From: Microcoleus sp.
GTDB lineage: Bacteria; Cyanobacteriota; Cyanobacteriia; Cyanobacteriales; Microcoleaceae
Assembly: GCA_052279835.1 (NCBI GenBank)
Contig: CP181291.1
Location: 4,384,001 to 4,448,000, forward strand
Reading direction: 5' to 3'
DNA length: 64,000 bases
This document shows positions 10,939-21,541 of the stretch, piece by piece. The notes under the pieces were generated by a model. That model did not search any database, was not told the DNA's origin, and saw only the letters and a list, made by a program, of their open reading frames with translations. The translations under genes and the position numbers were made by a program. Within the stretch, counting starts at the first letter, position 1. Each line of letters opens with the position of its first letter.

Positions 10939-11499
10939 CTAACCCAGTATAAAATCAACGCTCACTTCAAACTCAGGAAAAGCTAGCGGTGAAACAATTT
11001 CTCCCCGCTCAATTTTTTGCATTGAAGTATAGCCATTTGCCGTGGGATTCCGGTATACTTCTAAACAGTTAACCTCAAGATCCCACAACCAAACTTCCTG
11101 AATCCCAGAACGAGCATAGTTAGGTACTTTCACGTCACGGTCATAATTAACCGTACTATCTGCTACCTCTACCAACAGCAAAATATCCTGACTATTTGGC
11201 AAGGATTCTTCGTAAAAATCAGCACGGGGTTGTACTAAAGCAATATCAGGTTGAGGTTCGGATTTATCATTAAGGCAAATCGGATTTTGCACCCGAAAAA
11301 TCACCAGAGACTCTGAAATCTGGCTAAATAGTCGTGCGAGGCGATCGACACGGGCGGCATGACGCTTACCAATTGCTGCCATTTGGATAATTTCTCCTTC
11401 TATAAGTTCCACTCGTTCATTATTGGCAAAAACACCAGCCTCACTCATCATGTGGTATTCTTGCACTGTAAATAGCCGTCTTTGAATCTGAACAGACAT
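10939..11499 (-). CDS. Uma2 (DUF820) family putative endonuclease
   Basis: Close paralogue of 7486-8076: RVELIEGEIIQMAAIG, EPQPDI, LLVEVADST. Confidence 0.9.
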   Translation of the reverse strand: MSVQIQRRLFTVQEYHMMSEAGVFANNERVELIEGEIIQMAAIGKRHAARVDRLARLFSQISESLVIFRVQNPICLNDKSEPQPDIALVQPRADFYEESLPNSQDILLLVEVADSTVNYDRDVKVPNYARSGIQEVWLWDLEVNCLEVYRNPTANGYTSMQKIERGEIVSPLAFPEFEVSVDFILG

Positions 11500-11574
11500 A
11501 ACTATTCTCCTTTTTGAGCAGTGAATCTCAGCTTATCACTTGATTTTGATAAATAGTATTATTTCAAGACAACA

Positions 11575-11598
11575 AAAAACCACCCTATTTAGGGTGGC
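11575..11598 (-). terminator. Probable intrinsic terminator
   Basis: ccaccct/agggtgg hairpin followed by a U-run on the minus strand, downstream of 11708-13960. Confidence 0.55.
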
Positions 11599-11707
11599 AG
11601 ATTCTGAAAGGGTGTAAATCACCTACGCTAAAACAAGAGAATTTCAAGTGCTAAAAATATAGCTTTTAGCGATCGCAAGGCGGGCATTGTCCGCTAGGGA
11701 AATCACC

Positions 11708-13960
11708 TTAGAGTAGAGTAATTGAGGTTGAGGCTGGAGTACCAATGGAACCAGGGCCGAAACCTAGGTTGACACTACCAGCAGTCAAACCAGCAATGTT
11801 GTTAATTGTCAAGCTGACGCTAGTTTGTCCGTTAGCAAAATTCACGGTGCCGCCGGTAGCGTTGGGGAGTACGCCAGAGCCGGTGATAAAGTAGTCGGTA
11901 AGATTCTTGGGTTGGCCACCACCAGGTGCAGCTATCAAAAAGTCGATGGAACCCGTACCGACACCACTCGTCCGGTTGATGGTAAACGTTCCGCTAGTGC
12001 TGTCAGCCACAGGGGCTGGAGCAGAACCGTAGAAGAATCCATTGCTGATCCCACCACTGCTGTCGAGAATGGATAAGACTGCTGCTGACGGACTAGCTAC
12101 AGAGCCGCCACTGAGGAATAAGTTCACAGTCTCAGTCAATTCCGGGACCGTATCATTGATGATGGGAACACCTACTGTAGCGCTAGCTTGACCAGGAGCA
12201 AAGTTAACTGACACATTGCTGACAGAGACATAATCAGGGGCAGAAGCTGTGGCCGAACCGTCAGCAGTGCTAAATAGAATGGTTCCTGCCTTTGTCAAAT
12301 CCCCAGAGCGATTGATTGTCACGTTCACAGTGCTACCTTCGTTACCACTGTAAGTAGCGGCACTAAAGAAGAAGATACTAGGCCCAGTAGTTGCTGTAGT
12401 CGGAGTGGGAGTGGGAGTGGGACTGGTTGGAGTCGGAGTTGGAGTCGGAGTCGGCGCAACATCATTAATCGTCAAGATAGACGGGTTGCTGCCGACAGTA
12501 CCGCCACTGAGAACTAAGTTGACAGTTTCGGGCCCTTCAGTAACCGCATCAGTCAAAGCAGTGACAGTGAAACTGGCGCTATTTTGCCCAGCCGCAAAGT
12601 TGAGGGAACCCGCCCCAACGGTGTAGTCAGGGCTAGTGCCGCTAGAACTAGCTGAACCGTCGGTGGTGGCGTAGTTAATGGTTGCTGCACCAGTACCACC
12701 AGTGCGAGTGACTGTAATGGTGGCGGCACCGCCTTCATTCACCGTGTAACTGCCTTGGTCAAACTGGAAGACGCTTGCAGGCGTTGGAGTTGTAATCGGA
12801 GTCGGAGTCGGAGCTGGGGCACTTCCACCATCAAAAATGGTAACAGTGGCTGGATTCAGAGTACCTACATTACCGTTGTTGAGAAATACATTCACTGTCT
12901 CTGGGCCTTCGCTAATAGCATCGGTCAAAGTGGGGACAGTGAAAGTGGCGCTAGTTTGCCCGGCCGCAAAATTGAGTGTTCCGGTGGTGGCAGTATAATC
13001 AGTAGCCGAGCCGGTAGATAGGGCGGAACCATCAACGGTACCAAAGCTGATGCTTCCGGGAGCAGATGTATTGCCCGTGCGAATCACTGTGACTGTGGCG
13101 GGACTGCCTTCAGGGGTAGAGTAATTATTTGTGCTGAAGCTGAACACACTTGTAGGTGTTGTTCCCGGTGTCGGTGTGGGTGCGGGGGTTGGTGTGGGGG
13201 TTGGTGTGGGTGTGGGCAACCCGGAGGATTGAAACCAACCCGGATTTGCGCTCAGTTGTGCAGCAGTCAAACCTTGGAGGTTGACTAAATACTCGCCGGT
13301 GCCGGTATCGCGAACGAGGGTGTTGCCGATGCTGATGCCGTTGGAGCCGGTGCCGTCGATGAATTGCAAATCGCTGAATTGCAGTCCGCCAAATAACTGG
13401 ATGACATCGTTCCCGGAGAGTTGAAAGTCAGTAATGACGTCGGCATCGGAGACGCTGGGGCCGCCAGTAGTGGCTGTGGGTTTGCCGTCGCCTACTCGCC
13501 CGATCGCAAACAGGTCATTTCCACCACCACCGCTCATGGTATCAGAACCAAGGTCGCCGTAGAGTACGTCGTCGCCGAGGTCGCCCAGAATCAAGTCGTT
13601 GCCTTTACCACCGAACATCGTGTCGTTGTCTTTACCGCCGAACATCGAGTCGTTGCCGTCATTACCGAACACGCTGTCGCGGCCGATGTCGCCTCTTACT
13701 AAGTCGTTGCCTTTGCCACCGTATACTACGTCGTCGTCTTTGCCACCGTATACTTGGTCGTCGCCTTCGTTGCCGTTAAGAATATCATTGTCTGGACCGC
13801 CGAATACGAGGTCGTTTCCTGACCCTGCACCGATCGCATCATTACCGTCAAGTCCACTGATTGTATCGTCGCCTAGCAAGCTGCCTAGGCTAATTACGCG
13901 ACCGTCTGGTAAAGTTCCAGGTATGAGATCTGCGCCTAGAGTTCCTGTTATGTTTGCCAT
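11708..13960 (-). CDS. RTX-type Ca-binding repeat + Calx-beta protein with Pro-Thr linkers
   Basis: GGxGND nonapeptides, three Calx-beta-like units (FSxxxYxxxEG...LNFAAGQ...EGPETV) plus a divergent fourth, separated by PT repeats; no Sec signal. Confidence 0.9.
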   Translation of the reverse strand: MANITGTLGADLIPGTLPDGRVISLGSLLGDDTISGLDGNDAIGAGSGNDLVFGGPDNDILNGNEGDDQVYGGKDDDVVYGGKGNDLVRGDIGRDSVFGNDGNDSMFGGKDNDTMFGGKGNDLILGDLGDDVLYGDLGSDTMSGGGGNDLFAIGRVGDGKPTATTGGPSVSDADVITDFQLSGNDVIQLFGGLQFSDLQFIDGTGSNGISIGNTLVRDTGTGEYLVNLQGLTAAQLSANPGWFQSSGLPTPTPTPTPTPAPTPTPGTTPTSVFSFSTNNYSTPEGSPATVTVIRTGNTSAPGSISFGTVDGSALSTGSATDYTATTGTLNFAAGQTSATFTVPTLTDAISEGPETVNVFLNNGNVGTLNPATVTIFDGGSAPAPTPTPITTPTPASVFQFDQGSYTVNEGGAATITVTRTGGTGAATINYATTDGSASSSGTSPDYTVGAGSLNFAAGQNSASFTVTALTDAVTEGPETVNLVLSGGTVGSNPSILTINDVAPTPTPTPTPTSPTPTPTPTTATTGPSIFFFSAATYSGNEGSTVNVTINRSGDLTKAGTILFSTADGSATASAPDYVSVSNVSVNFAPGQASATVGVPIINDTVPELTETVNLFLSGGSVASPSAAVLSILDSSGGISNGFFYGSAPAPVADSTSGTFTINRTSGVGTGSIDFLIAAPGGGQPKNLTDYFITGSGVLPNATGGTVNFANGQTSVSLTINNIAGLTAGSVNLGFGPGSIGTPASTSITLL

Positions 13961-14390
13961 TTTTTTAATTCCACAGATTAGTTTTTTTTGCCTTTAGTAG
14001 AAGCACCTGTAGAATTTTTTTAGGGATTTATTGCACTATTTTTATACACGTATGATTGGTGCAACAATCCGGTATTTATGTCAGGATTGACTATACTTAT
14101 CCGTTAAGTCAAATAATTGCCCTAGGCAATCTTTGCTTGCTAGCACTTCGTCAGGTAAATCTGTTTTCATGCCCTGTTAATACCTCAGAAGAAAGCAGCT
14201 CGCATAAAGTTCCCATCGGTTCGGAATTTTATCCTGTAATTTTAATAGTTATCCCAAATATGTTTCTGTATAAATAATTGTCTATAAACTCCACCTCTAT
14301 CCTTCTAAACAATGAGATATTTTCAGGACGATTGTTGGAAAAATAAAGAGATATATAGCCTTTCTCAGATAGATGAGGTACGATCGAGAA

Positions 14391-14543
14391 TTGGTAATAG
14401 GTAATTGGTAATTGGTAATGGGTAATAGGTAATGGGTAATGGGTAATTGGTAATTGGTTATTCCCGATTCCCGATTCCCGATTCCCGATTCCCGATTCCC
14501 GATTCCCGATTCCCGATTCCCCATTACCCATTACCCATTACCC
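14391..14543. repeat. STRR heptamer array: (TnGGTAA)n-(TTCCCGA)n-(TTACCCA)n
   Basis: Read directly; the outer blocks are reverse complements of each other. Confidence 0.95.
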
Positions 14544-14583
14544 TATTTACACCTAAATCTAACTAGCAAAAACATCAAACACA

Positions 14584-14615
14584 GAACCCCGACTTCTTTA
14601 CAAAGTCGGGGTTCT
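14584..14615. terminator. Hairpin (terminator or dispersed repeat)
   Basis: gaaccccgactt / aagtcggggttc, just downstream of the TPR gene. Confidence 0.5.
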
Positions 14616-14647
14616 ATGGCGATTATTCCTTCTGCCTTCAACATCTG

Positions 14648-16657
14648 CTATAGTTCTGAGATGAGAGTGCGGCGATCGCGCCTTGCTTCCTCATTTTCTG
14701 GATCGATAGCAATGGCTCGATCGTAGGCTGTCATTGCTTCTTCATAGCGCTTTAATTGCGACAACACTGTCCCCAAGTGATGCCAAGCGTCGTAGGAATC
14801 TGGCTTAATTGCAACCGCTTGTTCGTAGGCGGCGATCGCTTCTTGGTTTCGGTACAATTTTGCTAAGGCTTCGCCTTTACCAAACCAAGCTTCATAACAC
14901 TGAGGGTTAATTTCGATCGCTTTTTCGTAAGATGCGATGGCGGGTGCGTAATCCAACAGTTTCTCGAAAGCTGTACCTCGGTTGTGCCAAATTTCAAAGT
15001 CGTTTGATTTAATCGCAATGGCTTTGTCATAGGATGCGATCGCATCCAGATAGCGGTGTATGTTTCCGAAGACAGCACCTCGATTGTACCAAACTTCATA
15101 TTTGTCTGGGGCGATGCTGATGGCTCGATCGTAGGAATCAATCGCATCTTTGTAGCGCAGCAATTTCCACAACACATTACCTCGATTGTACCAGGTTTCG
15201 TATCTATTGGGATAGATGGCAATCGCTCGATCGTAGGAATCGACTGCTGCTTGGTACTGCTGTATTTTGCCCAACATCACGGCTCGGTTGTGCCAAATTT
15301 CGCTGTCGGTTGCTTTGATGGCGAGGGCGCGATCGTAACTGGCGATCGCCTCTTCGTAGTGGTGCAATTTCCCCAATAAAGCTGCGATATTGTGCCAGGG
15401 AGCATAATTTGTGGGTTCGATCGCACTTGCTTCCTGGTAACAGAGGATCGCCTCTTCGTACTTTTGCAATTTTCCCAGCAAATTAGCTTTATGATACCAG
15501 GCTTGGTAGTTATTTGATTTAATAGATATGGCTTGGTCATAACAGGCGATCGCCTCTTCGTACTTTTGCAATTTTATTAACACATTTCCGCGCCAATACC
15601 AAGCCATATCTAAATTATTATTCGTTAAAATAGCTTTTTCAAAGCAGACTACTGCCTCATCATATTTGCCTTGAAAATAAAGCCCTTCCCCTTGCTTGAT
15701 ATAATCATCAGCAATCAAATTATTGTCCTCACTAGAAACCGAATCTACTTGTGACTCTGGCGAGTTGTTGGAGGGAGGTGTTGGTGGGACTTTGACAACT
15801 TCCTGGGCTACCACGGCGGGGAGTTGAGAAATTTCTTGAACAATTTGAGATTTTTTTTCGTAAACTTCTGTCAGCAAAACTTGCAGGTGCATCAAAAATT
15901 GAGACTTGAGAGTTTCTATTTGCTCGACAGAAGATTTAGAAACTTCAGTTTCTTTACTTAAAAAATCAATGGATTGTTTGGCTGCACTCATTTGTGCTTC
16001 TAATTCATCTCTCAATTTTTGATTCAACTGACTAGAATTGATTAATTCTGATTCTAATACACCAATTCCCTGTAATCTTTTATTGGCATCAGCCACCAAC
16101 TGTCTGATTACCAGCCGTCGCATCATCCAAAAAAAAGCAATGCTAACAGGGGGAAATATAGTCCCCAGAATCAGCAAAATATTGAGCAAAGTTACAGTAT
16201 GATTAAAACTATATTCCGAGTCGATATTGCCACCAGCGCGGGGAGAGAGAAAATCGAAAGCATCGCGAGCTTGGGGGATGGTTTGAGTACCGGATTCGAT
16301 TAATTTAGCTAGCCAAGTTTCTTGTAAGGATTTGGTCAATTCATCGCCGGATGAAGATGTAGTTTTTTCCTGGGTTTTGGCTGGGGTAGATGACAGGGGT
16401 GGCGCTGTCGCTACCAGCAAACCTGTCTGGGATTTGACAGCAATGCGTGGGGAAAATTGTTCGTGGGCGATCGTCTCTGGGGCGCTAATAGAATGAGCGG
16501 GACGGGCTACGGTATTATTTATGGCATCCACAAAGTTGCTGCTTTGTGGTGTTTGAGGAGCAGCGGGAGGTGGAGCGGGAGTGGCGCTAGTATTAGCAGT
16601 TAAATTCTGGGATGCGAGGGCAGCCAGAGTCAAAAAAGCTACATTTGATACTCGCAT
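14648..16657 (-). CDS. TPR repeat protein with signal peptide, TM helix and coiled coil
   Basis: About ten WYNRGxxL..YEEAIASYDRA units; hydrophobic segment LLNILLILGTIFPPVSIAFFW. Confidence 0.9.
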   Translation of the reverse strand: MRVSNVAFLTLAALASQNLTANTSATPAPPPAAPQTPQSSNFVDAINNTVARPAHSISAPETIAHEQFSPRIAVKSQTGLLVATAPPLSSTPAKTQEKTTSSSGDELTKSLQETWLAKLIESGTQTIPQARDAFDFLSPRAGGNIDSEYSFNHTVTLLNILLILGTIFPPVSIAFFWMMRRLVIRQLVADANKRLQGIGVLESELINSSQLNQKLRDELEAQMSAAKQSIDFLSKETEVSKSSVEQIETLKSQFLMHLQVLLTEVYEKKSQIVQEISQLPAVVAQEVVKVPPTPPSNNSPESQVDSVSSEDNNLIADDYIKQGEGLYFQGKYDEAVVCFEKAILTNNNLDMAWYWRGNVLIKLQKYEEAIACYDQAISIKSNNYQAWYHKANLLGKLQKYEEAILCYQEASAIEPTNYAPWHNIAALLGKLHHYEEAIASYDRALAIKATDSEIWHNRAVMLGKIQQYQAAVDSYDRAIAIYPNRYETWYNRGNVLWKLLRYKDAIDSYDRAISIAPDKYEVWYNRGAVFGNIHRYLDAIASYDKAIAIKSNDFEIWHNRGTAFEKLLDYAPAIASYEKAIEINPQCYEAWFGKGEALAKLYRNQEAIAAYEQAVAIKPDSYDAWHHLGTVLSQLKRYEEAMTAYDRAIAIDPENEEARRDRRTLISEL

Positions 16658-17057
16658 AAGCGTAAAATTACTTAGGAGGAGTTAGTGCTTGCCGATCGCT
16701 CATCGGGCGATCGCGATTCTAGTGTCAGCAGCCAGAATCGCTAGGCCAGAGAGTTTGGCTTACTATCTCCAAAATACGCCCAGCCTCTGATTTATCAGGA
16801 AAAGTGCCAACAATTCCCACTCTGCCACTTTCCCGAAAGGATAGATGGTGGCGATCGCTCCGGTTCCATCACCCTATAGTCAGATACCCAAAAATTTCTG
16901 GGAAGTCGGGTATCAAAAATATCAATAAACTCGTTGTTGAAAAATGATAAAATAGACATTTCCTAAAAAGCCAGTCTTGGAACAGCAGAATGCCAAGCCC
17001 AAAATAATTTTGGGGATGTCCATAACTAATTAAATCAACAGTAATTGAGGGCAATTC

Positions 17058-18209
17058 ATGACAGAAGAACGCACTTACTGGCTGGCTTGGTCTCAAATTA
17101 ACGGCATCGGGCCGATTTTATTACAAAGATTGCAGGAACATTTTCAGAGTTTAGCAACAGCTTGGACGGCAAAATCCCTAGATTTATGCCAAGTTGAAGG
17201 CTTTGGTAAACAGACTATTGAAAAAGTAATAGCAGAACGAAAAAAGATTAATCCCGAACAATTTTTGGAACAACATCTCATCAAAAATCCCCTTTTTTGG
17301 ACACCAGCCGATGCAGATTATCCTCGTTTATTATTAGAAATTCCCAATCCGCCAGCAGTCTTATATTATCGGGGTACAGTTGATACCAAAGAAAATCAAG
17401 GAATTACGCCCACAGTAGCAATTGTGGGTACTCGCTCTCCTTCGGAATATGGTAGACGATGGGCTCGTAAATTTAGTGCTGCTTTAGCTAAAAGCGGTTT
17501 TACTGTGGTGTCGGGATTGGCGGCTGGAATCGATACAGAAGCTCATACAAGCTGTTTGGGTGCGGGAGGGCGGACTTTTGCCATATTAGGCACGGGAGTT
17601 GATATCGTTTATCCTAGACAAAATGATAAGTTGTACGATCGCATTTTGCAGCAGGGATTAGCAATTAGTGAATATCCCGCTGGTACTCAACCAAATAAAA
17701 CTAATTTTCCCCGGAGAAATCGGATAATTGCTGGTTTAAGTCGTGCTACCATAGTCATAGAAGCTCCGCGCCAATCTGGTGCTTTAATTACCGCTTATCA
17801 AGCTAATGATTTTTGCCGGGATGTCTATGTTTTGACCGCAAGATTAGATGATGAACTTTCCTTTGGATGTTTGGAATTATTGAGTAAAGGTGCTCATCCA
17901 ATTCTGCCCAATAGCGATCGACTTTTGAGCGAAGAACGATTGTTAGAAATGCTGGGAGCTATCCCAAAATTGGATTGTCCCCAACAATTGTCCCTATTTC
18001 CAGCCAATCCATCTCCACAAAAGCAAGAGCCAGCATTGGATAGGGAATTAGCTTTGGTGTTAAGTGCGATAGAATCTGGTCCGATTGCTTTTGATTCCAT
18101 TGTCCAAGTCGCAGGATTAGATACCGGCAAAATTTCTAGTGCACTATTGCAATTAGAATTATTAGGATTAGTGTCGCAGTTACCGGGAATGCGATATCAG
18201 CGGTGCTGA
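17058..18209 (+). CDS. dprA: DNA-processing protein DprA
   Basis: VAIVGTR, VSGLAAGID, FPRRNRIIAGLS, SGALITA, C-terminal winged helix. Confidence 0.96.
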   Translation: MTEERTYWLAWSQINGIGPILLQRLQEHFQSLATAWTAKSLDLCQVEGFGKQTIEKVIAERKKINPEQFLEQHLIKNPLFWTPADADYPRLLLEIPNPPAVLYYRGTVDTKENQGITPTVAIVGTRSPSEYGRRWARKFSAALAKSGFTVVSGLAAGIDTEAHTSCLGAGGRTFAILGTGVDIVYPRQNDKLYDRILQQGLAISEYPAGTQPNKTNFPRRNRIIAGLSRATIVIEAPRQSGALITAYQANDFCRDVYVLTARLDDELSFGCLELLSKGAHPILPNSDRLLSEERLLEMLGAIPKLDCPQQLSLFPANPSPQKQEPALDRELALVLSAIESGPIAFDSIVQVAGLDTGKISSALLQLELLGLVSQLPGMRYQRC

Positions 18210-18217
18210 TTCACAAG

Positions 18218-18323
18218 ATATAGCAATCCTCGCATCATTTCTGAATTTCTTCCTCCCTCCCCTTAGTAAGGGGAGGGCTGGGGTGGGGTAAAAAAGTTAC
18301 GACTCCTCCAAGGATTGCTATAT
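18218..18323. mobile_element. 106-bp MITE with 13-bp terminal inverted repeats carrying a nested small palindromic repeat
   Basis: atatagcaatcct (18218-18230) / aggattgctatat (18311-18323); internal ccctccccttagtaaggggaggg hairpin. Confidence 0.8.
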
Positions 18324-21300
18324 TTATTCTTGATTATTTTTGCCTTCCACATATCCATTATCTACCAGTCGCCAAGCACCGCCAGAATTCCCTGTCAAAT
18401 CGCAATCTGCCACCTTCGCAATAGCATCTTTATAAAGTGCGATCGCCGAGGAGCCATTACCAGTAATTCGACACCGACGTACAATCAATTTCCCTCCCAA
18501 TCCGACACCAATTCCTACAGTACCGTTGCTAAAGATATGACTATCTTCCACAGTTAGTTTGGCCGCATCAGAGAGAAAAATTCCGTTCCAGATACCGTCA
18601 TGAATTTGACAGCGACGGATTACAGAAGCAGCATTATCCCCGCAAATTCCCACCACAGAATAGTCCGCAGAAGTAATATCGCTATCTTCGATGACTAACT
18701 CTCCTTCACGAATATCCACCGCATAATAATTTCCAGTAGCATTGAGGGTTAAACCTCGCACTAAAGCGGATGCTGTTTGCATTTTGATGCAGTTAGAATT
18801 GGTACTTTGAACCACAATGCTTCCGGCTTCTGTTTTACCGATAATTTCCACAGATTTATCGAGGATGAGACTTTCTAAATATAAGCCCGGATTCACATAA
18901 ATGCGAGTGTTTGGTGCTGCATTTTGTAGTGCTTCGTTAATTGTAGTATAATTGCCTTTTCCTTGTTGACAAACAACCAATTCTAGGCTATTGGAGATTT
19001 GAGCGGGGAAAGTTGATGCTACAATTTCTTGAGATTGAGGAGCGGGTGTTTCAATTTGTCCATCCCCCGTTAGGGATTGTGCTGGGATTTCTGATAGTTG
19101 TGTACTGAGTTGCAACTTTTCGCGCTCAAAATTTGCTAACTGATGCTCTAATTCGGATATTTGAGTTGTCAGGTTAGCTTGCTGTTGTTGCGCCGTCTCT
19201 AATTGACTTTGCATTTCCTGAATTTGGGTATAATATTGCGATCGCTCTTGTTGAGATTTTTCTAAATCTGACTGTAATTGAGAGCGACTGTGCTCTAATT
19301 CGGATATTTGAGTTGTCAGGTTAGCTTGCTGTTGTTGCGCCGTCTCTAATTGACTTTGCATTTGGGCAATTTGGCTGTTATATTGCGATCGCTCTTGTTG
19401 AGATTTTTCTAAATCTGACTGTAATTGAGAGCGACTGTGCTCTAATTCGGATATTTGAGTTGTCAGGTTAGCTTGCTGTTGTTGCGCCGTCTCTAATTGA
19501 CTTTGCATTTGGGCAATTTGGCTGTTATATTGCGATCGCTCTTGTTGAGATTTTTCTAAATCTGCTTGTAGTTGGGAGCGACTGTGCTCTAACTCGGATA
19601 TTTGAGTTGTCAGGTTAGCTTGCTGTTGTTGCGCCGCCTCTAATTGACTTTGCATTTCGGCAATTTGGCTGTTATATTGCGATCGCTCTTGTTGAGATTT
19701 TTCTAAATCTGCTTGTAGTTGGGAGCGACTGTGCTCTAACTCGGATATTTGAGTTGTCAGGTTAGCTTGCTGTTGTTGCGCCGTCTCTAATTGACTTTGC
19801 ATTTCGGCAATTTGGCTGTTATATTGCGATCGCTCTTGATGTGCTGTTTCCCAATCTGACTGTAATTGGGAGCGACTGTGCTCTAATTCGGATACTTGAG
19901 CTGTCAGGTTAGCTTGCTGTTGTTGCGCCGTCTCTAATTGACTTTGCATTTCGGCAATTTGCGTATAATATTGCGATCGCTCTTGATTGGCTGTTTCCCA
20001 ATCTGACTGTAATTGGGAGCGACTCTGCTCTAATTCGGATATTTGAGTTGTCAGGTTAGCTTGCTGTTGTTGCGCCGTCTCTAATTGACTTTGCATTTCG
20101 GCAATTTGCGTATAATATTGCGATCGCTCTTGCTGAGATTTTTCTAAATCAGCTTGTAGTTGGGAAGACTGAGATTGAAACTGCGATAGAGCTTGCTCAT
20201 TTTGATTAATTTTATCCTCGACAGCCTCTAATTGTAGTACCAAATCTTCTCGCTCTTGCGAAATCATCCTTGACTGATTTTCCCCCGCCACAATTAGAGC
20301 TTTTAATTCAGTTATCTCCTGATTCGCTGCTTCTAAATTAGATTGAGCTTCCGATAGTTCCCGTTTCATTTGGGAGAGTTCTTCATGCTCTGATTCTAAC
20401 TGGACTTGCGATTCAGACAGTCGATCGTTCAGTTGCGCTTTTTCTTGAGTTACATTTGCCAATTTCGGCTCTAATTCTAAAATTTGATAACTTAAAGCTT
20501 CCCGTTCCTCAATCAGAGACTCCAACTGTTTTTCCAGATTTAATAATTGCGGTTGAATTTCCGTTTGCTTTTGGCTAGCATTTTGTAATTGAATATGTAA
20601 CAATTGTCGTTCAATATTAGAATTTTCAAGCTGATATTCTACTTCTGATAACTGATTTACGAAGACCAATTTTTCTTCTTCGAGAATATCTAGCTGAGCT
20701 TGTAAATTAGATTTTTGAAATAAAATTTCCTCTTTTTCTTTCACAGCGCGATCGCACTTGATTTTGCTTTCCGCCACTTGGTACTGTAGCTGCAACTTTT
20801 CTTGATTAGCCGCTGCTAATTCACCTTGGATTTGTGATAATTGCTCCTGAAATAAACCAATTTCTTGGTACAATGGTTCTGACTCTGCTTGAGTTTGCTC
20901 TAATTGTAATTTCAGTTGCGATCGCTCTTGTTCGGCTATGTCTAATTGATATTTAACTTCTTCGGCCAATTTCGACAGAGATAACTGATTTTCTCTAGCA
21001 CTTTCTAATTGAAATTGCAAGTCTAAAACCAGAGCGTCAACCTGGGCTCTATCTTCAGTCATTAGTGCCAACATCTGTTCCAATTCCGAGACTTGCGTAT
21101 TTAACAAGTATTGTTGCTCATTCCTTTGGTTTAAGGAATTTTCCAGCTCCGAAACTTGAAAATTTAGCTGATTTTCTTCCTGAATTTTCTGCCTAATTTC
21201 CCCATTTTTTACCCCCAACTCCGAGGCTAACTGCGACATAGCCTGCTGGGATTTGTCTATCCGCATCAAGTTGCGCTTGTTGCGCTCGTTCAAAATTATC

Positions 21301-21353
21301 CAACATACTAACAACCCGCCCCCAAATCCTATTAATAAGAGTAATGCTTCCAT
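18324..21353 (-). CDS. Membrane-anchored long coiled-coil protein with C-terminal right-handed beta-helix
   Basis: N-terminal hydrophobic helix, ~730 aa Q/E/L-rich heptads, then YTTINEAL..IYVNPGLYLESL and GIFL/GIGV beta-helix repeats. Confidence 0.88.
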   Translation of the reverse strand: MEALLLLIGFGGGLLVCWIILNERNKRNLMRIDKSQQAMSQLASELGVKNGEIRQKIQEENQLNFQVSELENSLNQRNEQQYLLNTQVSELEQMLALMTEDRAQVDALVLDLQFQLESARENQLSLSKLAEEVKYQLDIAEQERSQLKLQLEQTQAESEPLYQEIGLFQEQLSQIQGELAAANQEKLQLQYQVAESKIKCDRAVKEKEEILFQKSNLQAQLDILEEEKLVFVNQLSEVEYQLENSNIERQLLHIQLQNASQKQTEIQPQLLNLEKQLESLIEEREALSYQILELEPKLANVTQEKAQLNDRLSESQVQLESEHEELSQMKRELSEAQSNLEAANQEITELKALIVAGENQSRMISQEREDLVLQLEAVEDKINQNEQALSQFQSQSSQLQADLEKSQQERSQYYTQIAEMQSQLETAQQQQANLTTQISELEQSRSQLQSDWETANQERSQYYTQIAEMQSQLETAQQQQANLTAQVSELEHSRSQLQSDWETAHQERSQYNSQIAEMQSQLETAQQQQANLTTQISELEHSRSQLQADLEKSQQERSQYNSQIAEMQSQLEAAQQQQANLTTQISELEHSRSQLQADLEKSQQERSQYNSQIAQMQSQLETAQQQQANLTTQISELEHSRSQLQSDLEKSQQERSQYNSQIAQMQSQLETAQQQQANLTTQISELEHSRSQLQSDLEKSQQERSQYYTQIQEMQSQLETAQQQQANLTTQISELEHQLANFEREKLQLSTQLSEIPAQSLTGDGQIETPAPQSQEIVASTFPAQISNSLELVVCQQGKGNYTTINEALQNAAPNTRIYVNPGLYLESLILDKSVEIIGKTEAGSIVVQSTNSNCIKMQTASALVRGLTLNATGNYYAVDIREGELVIEDSDITSADYSVVGICGDNAASVIRRCQIHDGIWNGIFLSDAAKLTVEDSHIFSNGTVGIGVGLGGKLIVRRCRITGNGSSAIALYKDAIAKVADCDLTGNSGGAWRLVDNGYVEGKNNQE
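19138..20165 (-). repeat. Seven near-identical 147-bp (49-aa) intragenic tandem repeats
   Basis: tgctctaattcggatat recurs at 19144, 19291, etc.; unit SQLQxDLEKSQQERSQYxxQIAEMQSQLETAQQQQANLTTQISELEHSR. Confidence 0.95.
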
Positions 21354-21541
21354 TTGCTTTATTTAATTGATAAATTTTAAAGATTCTTAATGTGTTATGA
21401 CACAAAATATACCTTCGTCAATAGGTAGTGCGGTCAATCATATCACAAATTATTCCAGGATTTAATTTTTCTGACACTATTTATATTTCTTTACAACCTC
21501 CGCAGCGATCGCAGAGGTTGAAGTTATCAGCCGTTACAGAG

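Noticed and set aside
14229..14726. ORFs with GNRESGI / PITHYQL repeats
   Set aside because: Translations of STRR heptamers.
19138..20165. Possible CRISPR or mobile repeat array
   Set aside because: Coding coiled-coil tandem repeats without spacers.
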